Source: an uncultured Clostridia bacterium (GTDB lineage Bacteria; Bacillota; Clostridia; UMGS1883). From it: a stretch of DNA of 64,000 nt. Made by a program: the position numbers and the translations under genes. The stretch spans positions 29,250 to 93,249 of the forward strand of contig CANQRB010000004.1 of the NCBI GenBank assembly GCA_947626145.1, read 5' to 3'. Within the stretch, counting starts at the first letter, position 1, and each line of letters begins with the position of its first letter. Positions 56,066 through 64,000 of the stretch are shown here, piece by piece. The notes under the pieces were generated by a model that worked only from the letters and a program-made list of their open reading frames with translations, did no database searches and was not told the origin of the DNA.

Positions 56066-56341
56066 TCACTCTCCGATAAAATTTTCGTAGGCGTACAACG
56101 CGATTTCATCAGTTGGAAGGGCTTCATTAGCGATTTTCAGATTTATCTCGGCCATCTCGAGATACCCCGACCGCATAAGGGACTTAAGCTCCAGCCGCCG
56201 CTTTTCCCTCAGGTAAGAGCGGACGATCTGGACGATAAAGTCGCTGCGGCTGTTGCGTCCGGGACCGGCGAGAAGGTCTATCTCGGACAGCATGGAATCG
56301 GGTATACTCAGTGAGATCTCCTTTTCACAGCGCTGTGGCAT
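56066..56341 (-). CDS. Ribbon-helix-helix antitoxin (MazE/EndoAI-like)
   Basis: 91 aa, with RSDFIVQIVRSYL resembling CopG/RHH. It lies immediately upstream of mazF. Confidence 0.8.
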   Translation of the reverse strand: MPQRCEKEISLSIPDSMLSEIDLLAGPGRNSRSDFIVQIVRSYLREKRRLELKSLMRSGYLEMAEINLKIANEALPTDEIALYAYENFIGE

Positions 56342-56443
56342 ATCTGTTCCTCCTTCACATACGGGAGCTGACCCCTATTATATATGAATATTATACAACA
56401 AATATGCCCGGGCGTCAAACCACAAACTCCGGAAAACGTGCCG

Positions 56444-57580
56444 CTATATGTAAATTCGGGGAACGCGCTTTCCGACGGTACAGATGACCTCATAGTTTAT
56501 TGTGCCCATAATTTCCGCAAGCTCTTCCACCGGCACGGTCTGTCCTCCGTCGCTGCCGAACAGAACCACACTGTCGCCTACAGAAATATTTTGGACATTT
56601 CTCAGGTCAATCATACATTGATCCATACAAATTCTGCCCAGGACGGCCTTTTTTTCTCCGCCGACAATGACCCGGGCTCTGCCGCTGAGGGCGCGGGAGT
56701 AGCCGTCGGCGTAGCCGGCGCTGACCGTGCCGATTTTCATATCCTCGGGAGTGGTGTAAGCTCCGCCGTAGCTGACGAGGCTGCCCTCTGGCACGGTCTT
56801 TATTTCGGAAATGCGGGCCCTCATGCTCATGACGGGCCTCAGCGGCAGGCGGCTCCTGTCCACCTCATCCGAGGGATACAGGCCGTAAAGCACTATCCCC
56901 GCCCGCACCATGTCAAGGTGCATCTCCGGAGCGTTCATTATGGCCGCGCTGTTGCAGCAGTGCCGAACCTTTATATGCACTCCGGCGGCCTCTATCCTGT
57001 CCAGACAGTCCATGAAGCGCCGGAACTGCAGCTTTTGATACGTGTTGTCCCGCTCGTCCGCCTTGGAAAAATGGGTGAAGGCTCCCTCCACCTCTATGCC
57101 GGGCAGATCGGCTATTTCCCTGACCCTGGCGGCAAGCTCCGGATCGGAATAGTACAGGCCCAGCCGGTTCATGCCGGTGTCCAGCTTGATATGCACCTTC
57201 ACGCTCTTATCCTGTGCGGCGGCCTCACGGCTCAGCACCCGGGCAAGGGCGAGGTCAAATACCGCCGGTATCACATCCAGCCGCACAATGTCGGCGGCGT
57301 TTTCCTCGTCGGCCCCGCTGAGCATGTGTATCGGGGTCTCGGGGAAGCGCGCCCGCAGCTGAGCGGCCTCGTCCACGGTGGCCACCGCAAGCCGGTCGGC
57401 CCCGTTTTTAAGCAGCACCTTTGACACCTCAACCGCGCCGTGGCCGTAGCCGTCGGCCTTGACCACGCCCATGACCATGGCCCGGGGGTCGGTTATGCTC
57501 CGCACGTTCCTCATATTTTCGGCAAGGGCGCCCAAATCTATCTCAGTCCAGACTCTTCCGTGACCGCTCACTGTTATCAA
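56444..57580 (-). CDS. alr: Alanine racemase
   Basis: PLP-lysine context VVKADGYGHG and the expected length. The start is TTG 57580 or GTG 57571. Confidence 0.93.
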   Translation of the reverse strand: MITVSGHGRVWTEIDLGALAENMRNVRSITDPRAMVMGVVKADGYGHGAVEVSKVLLKNGADRLAVATVDEAAQLRARFPETPIHMLSGADEENAADIVRLDVIPAVFDLALARVLSREAAAQDKSVKVHIKLDTGMNRLGLYYSDPELAARVREIADLPGIEVEGAFTHFSKADERDNTYQKLQFRRFMDCLDRIEAAGVHIKVRHCCNSAAIMNAPEMHLDMVRAGIVLYGLYPSDEVDRSRLPLRPVMSMRARISEIKTVPEGSLVSYGGAYTTPEDMKIGTVSAGYADGYSRALSGRARVIVGGEKKAVLGRICMDQCMIDLRNVQNISVGDSVVLFGSDGGQTVPVEELAEIMGTINYEVICTVGKRVPRIYI

Positions 57581-59045
57581 CCTCCATAAATGCGTATTTA
57601 AGATTATCTATGATGTCGTCGGCGGTGACGGAATACGCACCGATGCTTTTCTCGCAGAACATTCCGCTCCGTCCGTGGAGCCAGACCGCGAGAACAGCCG
57701 CCCGGTCAGCCGGTATGCCCTGGGCGCAGAGGGAGCCTACAAGCCCCGCCAGAATGTCGCCGCTGCCGCCCCGTGCCAGAGCCGAGGTGGCCGACAGCGA
57801 GACCCAGGCCTCCCCATCGGGCCGGGCGACAACCGTCCTCGCCCCCTTCAGCAGCACCGTGACGCCGTATTCGGAGGCAAAGCTCCGGGCGGCGCCCAGC
57901 CGGTCGGCCTCTATATCCTCAACACTATGCCCCGTAAGGCGGGAAAATTCCATTGGGTGGGGCGTTATCAGCACTTTCCCTCCGCGCAGAAGCTCCGGAC
58001 GCCCCTTCAGTGCGTTGAGGGCGTCGGCGTCCAGTATCACCGGCCCGCCGGCGGCCTTTATCACACCGGAAATAAAGCCCGGCGCCAGGGTACCGCCGCT
58101 GCCGCAGCCCATTACCGCGGCGGAGGCCGACCTCACGGCCTTTTCCAGCCTTTCGTCGCTAAAATCGTATTTTTTCACCGGCAGCGCCACGGCCTGGGGG
58201 GCCATGAGGTTCATAAAATTCTCCGTTCCGTCGGGGCAGGCCGCCGTCACCAGTCCGCAGCCGCCGCGGAGCGCGGCCCGTGCCGCCATGGACGCGGCTC
58301 CCATCATGCCGTGACTGCCTGTGACCAGCAGCAGACGCCCGAAGGTTCCCTTGTGGGAAAACCGGGGACGCCGCGGGAGTATCTCCGCAGCAAGGCCGGG
58401 AGTTATGGGTATGGGCTGCTCCGCCGGAACCTCGCCCCAGTCCACCGGTATGCCGGCGTCACGGACAACCGTTTCGCCGCAGGGCTCCACGCTTTCACTG
58501 TTTAAAAATCCGGTCTTCGGCGCCGTAAAGGTGACGGTCTTATCCGCCATGACGCAGACCCCGCAGGGCCGTCCGCCGTCGGCGTCCAGTCCGCTGGGTA
58601 TATCCGCCGACAGGACGTAAGCGTCCATGGAATTTATGTAGTCGATGGCCTCCCGTGCCGGGCCGACCACCCCTCCCCTGATGCCGATGCCGAAAATGGC
58701 GTCAACGACAGCGTCACAGATGGGCTTTTCCATATTTTTGTCAAATGACTTTATGGCAATGCCGGCTCTGCGGCACTCCTCCGCCAGCGTCCTGCACTCC
58801 GGAGTGAAGGGCTCGGCCACGCTGACGACGCCCACTCTTTTTCCCATGTCCGCCAACAGCTTCGCCGTCCTGTAGCCGTCGGCGCCGTTGTTGCCCTTGC
58901 CGCAAAAAACGCAAACCGCGTCAAAGAGCCTCAGCTCCCTGACGCAGGCGCGGGCGGCGTTGTCTATGAGCTCAAGGGAGGCCTCGGGGCCGGTTATGAC
59001 CCGGCTCTCGAAATCCCTTATCTGACCTGAAGTCAAAAAACGCAT
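57543..59045 (-). CDS. nnr: Bifunctional NAD(P)H-hydrate repair enzyme (epimerase/dehydratase)
   Basis: An N-terminal YjeF_N domain (CGKGNNGADG) and a C-terminal carbohydrate-kinase domain (GGSGDILAG). ATG 59045 lies 6 nt after AAGGTG. Confidence 0.9.
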   Translation of the reverse strand: MRFLTSGQIRDFESRVITGPEASLELIDNAARACVRELRLFDAVCVFCGKGNNGADGYRTAKLLADMGKRVGVVSVAEPFTPECRTLAEECRRAGIAIKSFDKNMEKPICDAVVDAIFGIGIRGGVVGPAREAIDYINSMDAYVLSADIPSGLDADGGRPCGVCVMADKTVTFTAPKTGFLNSESVEPCGETVVRDAGIPVDWGEVPAEQPIPITPGLAAEILPRRPRFSHKGTFGRLLLVTGSHGMMGAASMAARAALRGGCGLVTAACPDGTENFMNLMAPQAVALPVKKYDFSDERLEKAVRSASAAVMGCGSGGTLAPGFISGVIKAAGGPVILDADALNALKGRPELLRGGKVLITPHPMEFSRLTGHSVEDIEADRLGAARSFASEYGVTVLLKGARTVVARPDGEAWVSLSATSALARGGSGDILAGLVGSLCAQGIPADRAAVLAVWLHGRSGMFCEKSIGAYSVTADDIIDNLKYAFMEVDNSERSRKSLD

Positions 59046-59059
59046 AACAAACACCTTAT

Positions 59060-59566
59060 TTATCTGAAAATTCTGCTCCTCACATAAACCGACATTCCGT
59101 CCAGTATTTTGTCGTTGGGCTCGAACACCAGCATACAGCTGCCGCCCTCGCCGGCAAACACGGCGAACATAGCGCCGGAAGCATCGGGAGCGGACGCCGC
59201 CTGTATCACCTTGGCGAAGCTCCGCTTCATCTCCCCCTTTTTGTCCGGATCGTCAACCCGGGCGCAGAGCTCCATGGCCTCCATATCGAAGCCGCAGAGC
59301 CGCCGGCGGTTCCTGCCGCCGATTATCACGTCCACGTCCAGATGGTCGTTGGTGAGGATATATTCAAATTCTCTTTTTATGCCGGAGGCCAGCCACCAGG
59401 CCCCATAGCCTCCCAGCACCAGAAGCACCAAAGCGCTGGCAAAGCCCAGCCACAGTCCGGCTCCGCCGCATATCACGAACAGAGCCAGGATTATGAGACA
59501 GTATTTGAGCATATCGCTTCGGTCGAATTTTTTCTTTACAAGATATTCAGTATAGTTTTCCATCAA
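59060..59566 (-). CDS. Membrane protein of unknown function
   Basis: 168 aa with two N-terminal TM helices. Its start overlaps the PBP stop by 4 nt. Confidence 0.6.
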   Translation of the reverse strand: MMENYTEYLVKKKFDRSDMLKYCLIILALFVICGGAGLWLGFASALVLLVLGGYGAWWLASGIKREFEYILTNDHLDVDVIIGGRNRRRLCGFDMEAMELCARVDDPDKKGEMKRSFAKVIQAASAPDASGAMFAVFAGEGGSCMLVFEPNDKILDGMSVYVRSRIFR

Positions 59567-62286
59567 AAGCCTCCGTCGCTTACGACCTCGCCGCCGGAAG
59601 GAGCGGTTCCGCCGCCGTCACCGCCGCCGGAGGGAGCCACGCTGCCGCCGCCACCGCCGGAGGGCGTTACACTGCCGCCGCCCGAAGGCGTTACGCTGCC
59701 GCCACCGCCGCCGGAAGGTGTTACGCTGCCGCTGTCGCCGCCGCCGGAAGGCGTTACGCTGCCGCTGTCACCACCGCCGGAAGGCGTTACGCTGCCGCTG
59801 TCGCCGCCGCCCGAAGGCGTTACGCTGCCGCCACCGCCGGAGGGTGTTGTGCTGCCGCTGTCGCTGCCGCCGGAGGGCGTTGTGCTGCCGCTGCCGTCGC
59901 CGCCGCCGGAGCCATCACCGCCCGCGGGCTCGGCGGAAACCGTTTCGCCGCCTTCGCCCGAGGTCGTTTCGCCTGAGCCGGAGCCGGAGCTTCCGGAATC
60001 GTCATCATCGTCGGAGCTGCTGCCGGAACTCGTATTACGCCTTGACGACGAGCCGCTGCTGCTTGTCGCCTTGCCCTCGCTGAGGACATTCTTGCTGCCG
60101 GTCACAAGGGGATGGAGCTTGCAGCGCGTAGTGGGGATGCTGCCGCTCTTGAAAATCTGACTCTCCACACGGTCACAGCCCGGATTGGCCCGCTGTCCGC
60201 TGTCGGAGCAGATCATCACCGAGACCTCCTTGCCGGGTCTCTCGAAATCCTTATATTTCAGATCCTCGTGAATGGGCATCATCACCTTGCGCCAGGTGAG
60301 GGCCGCCGGGTTGGAAGAAAATCCGCTGAGGTTCCGGGGCTGGTCATAGCCGAACCACACCGCGCCCACATAATAGGGTGTCATACCCACGAACCAGCGG
60401 TCATTGCTGGTGGTGGTGCCGGTGGTGCCGGTCTTGCCGGCTATTTCCATTCCGCTGAAGTTGGCCATCTTGCCGCTGCCGTAGCTGACAACGTCCTTAA
60501 GCATCGAGATCATGTCGGCGGCGGTCTTTTCGCTCATGGCTATCTCATGGGTGGGCTCGCCGCTGAGGATAACGCCGCCGTTGGCGTCCAGCACCCTGGT
60601 GTAAAGGGTGGGCTTGTTGTAAAAGCCGTCGTTGACAAAGGAGCAGTAGGCCGCCGTGAGCTCAAGCACGCTGACGCCGTCGGTAAGGCCGCCGAGGGCC
60701 AGAGGCGCCAGATCCTTATCGGAGAAGGTCTTGCCGTTGCGCTCCTCAAAATCCACAAGGGTGGAAATGTGCATACGCTCGGTCATATAGTCGAAGGAAT
60801 TGTCCACGCCGAGGTAACGGCACACCTTGACGGCGGGCACGTTACGGGAATTGGCAAGGGCGCTGCGAACCGAAACGTTGCCCACAAAGCGGTTGTCCAC
60901 GTTTTTCGGGGACCAGCCGTTATAGGTGACGGGGGCGTCCTTTACCGTGGAGGTGGGCGTTATGAGGCCGTATTCCATGGCCGGACCGTAAACGCCGATG
61001 GGCTTGATCGTGGAACCCGGCTGGCGCAGGGACTGAGTGGCACGGTTAAGTGTGAGGTTGCCCTCCTTATCTCCGCGTCCGCCCACAAGGGCCTTTACCT
61101 GGCCGGTATAGGGATCCATTATGACCATGGCGGACTCGGGCTGTACCTCGCCCCTGCCCTTGGGGAACGCCGACTCGTCGGCGTACACGTCGTCCATGAT
61201 CTGCTGGAGGTTCATATCCTGAGCCAGATATATCTTGAGGCCGCCGTTAAATAGAACGCGCTGGGCTATATCCTTTGTATAGTTATACTGGGTCATAAGA
61301 TCGTCAATGATCTGGTTTATGGCCGCGTCAACATAGTAGCTCTGATAAACTATCTCATCCTGAGTCTTAAGGGGCACAAAATGGAGCTCCTGCGCCACGG
61401 CATCCTCATACTGAGCCTGAGTGATGTGGCCCAGCTCAAGCATTTTTCCAAGGACTACCTCCTGCCGCTCCTTATTGTTTTGGGGATTTGCGTAGGGGTC
61501 GTACTTGGAAGGGGACTGGGTTATGCCGGCTATGCAGGCGCACTCGGCCAGAGACAGCTCCGATACGGGCTTGCCGAAATATACGTTGGCCGCCGAGGAA
61601 ACGCCGTTGCACTGCTGACTCAGGAAAATGGTATTAAGGTAATATTCGAGGATTTCTTCCTTGGACAGCTCATCCTCCAGCTTGAAGGCCCGGTATATCT
61701 CCTGAATTTTTCTTTCAACGCTGTAGCCCTTTTCGCCGGTAATGTTCTTTATGAGCTGCTGTGTCAAGGTGCTTCCGCCGAAGGTACGGTCGCTGGTGCC
61801 CCTGATCTTGCCGTAGACATAGGTTACCGTCGCGCCTATGGTACGCTTGATGTCAACGCCCTTATGGCTCCAGAAGCGCTCGTCCTCAATGTCAATGAAG
61901 GCGTTCTGAAGGTCCTTGGGTATATCGTCAAGGTCCACCCAGATGCGGTTTTCGTTGTCATAGAGCCGCTGCACCTCAACGGTGTTGCCGTCGGGGTCGG
62001 TGCCGTAAACAAAGGACGTCATGTTCAGCTTTATGTTGTTCACGTCGATGGTGTCCACGGTCTCAACATAGCCGAACAGGGCTCCCGCCACTATACCGGC
62101 GCCGATAATGCCGATGAGCAGCACAATGAGCAGCAGCGCCAGAAAGACGTTCCTGAACGACAGGAGAATCGCCATTCCGACGCTTCTCTTCTTTTTGCCG
62201 GAAGAGGTTCCCCTCCGAGTTCTGTCATTTGCCATAAAAAGCGCACCTCCGAAGTTATTTGAGGAGTAGTAATTATAGAAAGACAT
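59563..62286 (-). CDS. Class A penicillin-binding protein (PBP1A-type transglycosylase/transpeptidase) with a low-complexity tail
   Basis: GT51 motifs EDERFWSHKGVD and GGSTLTQQL. Transpeptidase motifs STIKP, SRN and KTGTT. The C-terminal ~130 aa are Gly/Ser/Thr/Pro repeats. Confidence 0.93.
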   Translation of the reverse strand: MSFYNYYSSNNFGGALFMANDRTRRGTSSGKKKRSVGMAILLSFRNVFLALLLIVLLIGIIGAGIVAGALFGYVETVDTIDVNNIKLNMTSFVYGTDPDGNTVEVQRLYDNENRIWVDLDDIPKDLQNAFIDIEDERFWSHKGVDIKRTIGATVTYVYGKIRGTSDRTFGGSTLTQQLIKNITGEKGYSVERKIQEIYRAFKLEDELSKEEILEYYLNTIFLSQQCNGVSSAANVYFGKPVSELSLAECACIAGITQSPSKYDPYANPQNNKERQEVVLGKMLELGHITQAQYEDAVAQELHFVPLKTQDEIVYQSYYVDAAINQIIDDLMTQYNYTKDIAQRVLFNGGLKIYLAQDMNLQQIMDDVYADESAFPKGRGEVQPESAMVIMDPYTGQVKALVGGRGDKEGNLTLNRATQSLRQPGSTIKPIGVYGPAMEYGLITPTSTVKDAPVTYNGWSPKNVDNRFVGNVSVRSALANSRNVPAVKVCRYLGVDNSFDYMTERMHISTLVDFEERNGKTFSDKDLAPLALGGLTDGVSVLELTAAYCSFVNDGFYNKPTLYTRVLDANGGVILSGEPTHEIAMSEKTAADMISMLKDVVSYGSGKMANFSGMEIAGKTGTTGTTTSNDRWFVGMTPYYVGAVWFGYDQPRNLSGFSSNPAALTWRKVMMPIHEDLKYKDFERPGKEVSVMICSDSGQRANPGCDRVESQIFKSGSIPTTRCKLHPLVTGSKNVLSEGKATSSSGSSSRRNTSSGSSSDDDDDSGSSGSGSGETTSGEGGETVSAEPAGGDGSGGGDGSGSTTPSGGSDSGSTTPSGGGGSVTPSGGGDSGSVTPSGGGDSGSVTPSGGGDSGSVTPSGGGGGSVTPSGGGSVTPSGGGGGSVAPSGGGDGGGTAPSGGEVVSDGGF
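59590..59925. repeat. Imperfect in-frame tandem repeats (mostly 42-bp units) encoding the PBP tail
   Basis: Units such as ccggaaggcgttacgctgccgctgtcgccgccg recur. They translate on the minus strand as (G)GGDSGSVTPSGG. Confidence 0.85.
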
Positions 62287-62406
62287 AATTAACTTATTAT
62301 ATTTTACATCAAAACCGTTAAAAAAGTATTACAAAATCCCCTTTTTCCACTTTTATTTTGCGGGAAATTGCATTTTGAATTTTTACTGCGCATATTGCAC
62401 AAAAAC

Positions 62407-62435
62407 ATTGTAAAATTATTGTATAATTCTGACAA
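62407..62435 (-). promoter_or_regulatory. Candidate PBP1A promoter
   Basis: On the minus strand: TTGTCA, a 17-nt spacer, then TACAAT. It sits back-to-back with the first sRNA-like unit's promoter. Confidence 0.55.
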
Positions 62436-62478
62436 AATGCTTCTTGCAAAACCTGAAACCCTGTGGTAAGATATATAC

Positions 62479-62558
62479 GTACTCGATGAGAGTGCAAAAA
62501 CTTTTTTCATTTTCCCTCCTTTTTTAGTGGCAGATACACAGTGTCTGTCATTTTTTTT
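62479..62558 (+). ncRNA. Candidate sRNA or leader unit 1 (~80 nt) with a CCCUCC motif
   Basis: Promoter: TTGCAA (62444), a 17-nt spacer, then TAAGAT (62467) with an upstream TGg. A conserved block at 62489-62560 contains UUUUCCCUCCUUUUUU. The terminator is GGCAGATAC-aca-GTGTCTGTC plus T8. Confidence 0.45.
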
Positions 62559-62669
62559 GCGCTCTGCCGCCGTTATTATAAGTTTTGCACAAAACCTCGC
62601 CGCTTTCTTTATAAAAATTGAATAAAATTACCGTTGATATGGCGCTTTAAAAGCTGATATAATAACAGT

Positions 62670-62748
62670 GCGCCAGTAGAGTGCATAAGTTTTTTTCATT
62701 TTCCCTCCTTTTTTAGTGGCAGATACAACGTGTCTGTCATTTTTTTTG
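62670..62748 (+). ncRNA. Candidate sRNA or leader unit 2 (~79 nt), a duplicate of unit 1
   Basis: Promoter: TTGATA (62634), an 18-nt spacer, then TATAAT (62658). The conserved block 62678-62749 is near-identical to 62489-62560. Its terminator ends 30 nt before the ATG of the downstream ATPase gene. Confidence 0.45.
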
Positions 62749-62778
62749 CAATAATACTACCTTAAAAGAGGTGCCGTC

Positions 62779-63975
62779 ATGAACAGATACGCTTATTTAA
62801 ACTCCCGTCTGGGTACGCTGACCGTATTCCGCAATATCCTCGGCGAGCCCGTGATAGCAAGGCTAAGGGAGCTTCTCTCCTGCGAGGACTGGGACAAGCT
62901 CCGTCTGGCCGAGCTGTACTGCGGCTTTGTACACGAGCTGTACCTCACCGGAGACAGCCTTACCGACTGGGTGCTGCGGTACATATCCGGCGACGAAAAC
63001 CCATACGTGGGCCGCATTATTTCCGGCGGGGTTCCGGGTAAGTTAATGGAAGAGAGCCTGACAAACGAGCTGAAAATTCTTGAAGAGCTGGCCGCGCTGG
63101 ACTGCGGAGAGGTTGCGGAGGCCATTAACTGCGGGCTTGAGCTGCCCCGCTGGGAGAGCCGCCGCGAGGATCTGACCGCCGCCTGCCGCCGGAGAATTGC
63201 CGAGATACCCACCAGGGGCTACGGTATATTTGCCAAATATCATATGTTCACCCTGGACGGCGACGGAAATCTCGTGCCCGTCCGCCATCCCGACCCACAG
63301 ACTCTTGACAGCCTCTACGGCTATCAGCGGGAGAGGGAGACCGTAATGCGCAACACCCTCGCCCTTATCGAGGGCCGGGGCGCCAACAACGTCCTCCTCT
63401 ACGGGGACGCCGGCACCGGTAAGAGCTCCACGGTCAAGGCCATCGCCAACGCCCTTAAGGACAGGGGTCTGCGCCTTATCGAGGTCAGGAAAAACCAGCT
63501 CTACCTGCTGCCGGGGCTGATGGACAGCCTTGAGGGCAGCCCGCTGAAATACATCATATTTATTGACGATCTGAGCTTCGGCGGCGGGGACGCCGACTTT
63601 GCCGCCCTGAAGGCCATACTGGAGGGCAGCGTCAGCAGCCGCGGCACAAACGTGGCCGTTTACGCCACCAGCAACCGCCGCCATCTGCTTAAGGAGAGCA
63701 TGAGCGACCGTGACGGGGACGACATTCACGCCTCCGACACCCGTCAGGAGCAGCTGAGCCTTTCCGCCCGCTTCGGCCTGACGGTGACCTTCCTCCGGCC
63801 GGAGCATGAGCTTTACTGCGAAATAGTGGAAAAGCTGGCCCGTGAGCACGGCATAACCATGGACAGGGATCGGCTTCTGGTCAAGGCTGAGGCCCACGCC
63901 ATCAGGAACGGCGGCCGCAGCCCCCGCACCGCCAAGCAGTTTGTGGAAATGCTCAGTCAGGGAGTTATAGAATAA
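62779..63975 (+). CDS. AAA-type ATP-binding protein (DUF815-like)
   Basis: 398 aa with Walker A LLYGDAGTGKSSTVKA and Walker B YIIFIDDLSF. The family name is recalled from memory. Confidence 0.75.
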   Translation: MNRYAYLNSRLGTLTVFRNILGEPVIARLRELLSCEDWDKLRLAELYCGFVHELYLTGDSLTDWVLRYISGDENPYVGRIISGGVPGKLMEESLTNELKILEELAALDCGEVAEAINCGLELPRWESRREDLTAACRRRIAEIPTRGYGIFAKYHMFTLDGDGNLVPVRHPDPQTLDSLYGYQRERETVMRNTLALIEGRGANNVLLYGDAGTGKSSTVKAIANALKDRGLRLIEVRKNQLYLLPGLMDSLEGSPLKYIIFIDDLSFGGGDADFAALKAILEGSVSSRGTNVAVYATSNRRHLLKESMSDRDGDDIHASDTRQEQLSLSARFGLTVTFLRPEHELYCEIVEKLAREHGITMDRDRLLVKAEAHAIRNGGRSPRTAKQFVEMLSQGVIE

Positions 63976-64000
63976 AAAAAGAATAATTTGCGAAAAAGCG

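Noticed and set aside
59342-60160. 272-aa proline-rich repeat ORF (PPPEGVTLP...).
   Set aside because: It is the antisense reading of the PBP1A Gly/Ser/Thr/Pro tail repeats and of the upstream membrane-protein gene. It is an artefact of the tandem repeat.

Overview
The window is from a high-GC Firmicutes/Clostridia-type chromosome. Conserved core genes sit at both ends: secA-prfB at 1-4.2 kb, and from 33.4 kb onward pheA-aroCAB, argGH, tsaD-rimI-tsaC, alr-mazEF, nnr and PBP1A. Between them lies a visibly AT-richer accessory mosaic of about 29 kb (roughly 4.5-33.15 kb) that ends at a tRNA-Ser(GGA). The mosaic carries two very large secreted proteins: a 1034-aa protein and a 1438-aa SLH-anchored M4 metalloprotease. 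It also carries an ECF sigma/anti-sigma/ABC module, a ParE/Phd toxin-antitoxin pair, and a decayed large serine recombinase next to a Cys-rich KTR gene. The strongest hunt result is a 12-kb stress-type island. A 20-bp box (sense strand TTTCAGTTTAG core) occurs four times, always exactly 8 nt upstream of a -10 hexamer. The four copies sit in front of (1) an OmpR-type two-component system with an intramembrane-type kinase, (2) a Zn-ribbon/DUF5685-like/J-domain/Hsp70 operon, (3) a small-alarmone-synthetase/GT8/CDP-alcohol-phosphatidyltransferase operon, and (4) a decayed duplicate of operon 3 that leads into an acidic DxDxDG-repeat protein. I read this as an uncharacterised envelope-stress regulon. 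Other leads are listed below.
- A 31-bp inverted-repeat pair brackets a near-consensus promoter between the 1034-aa gene and the ECF operon, a candidate invertible switch.
- A promoter, a 26-bp long-range helix and a terminator form a leader or ncRNA upstream of the protease.
- Two tandem ~80-nt sRNA-like units carry a CCCUCC motif.
- Six iterons lie next to the tRNA.
- An XRE regulator gene carries an in-frame amber codon.
- A multi-hairpin palindromic element lies downstream of mazF.
All functional calls rest on motifs read from the translations and on remembered family knowledge. No searches were run.
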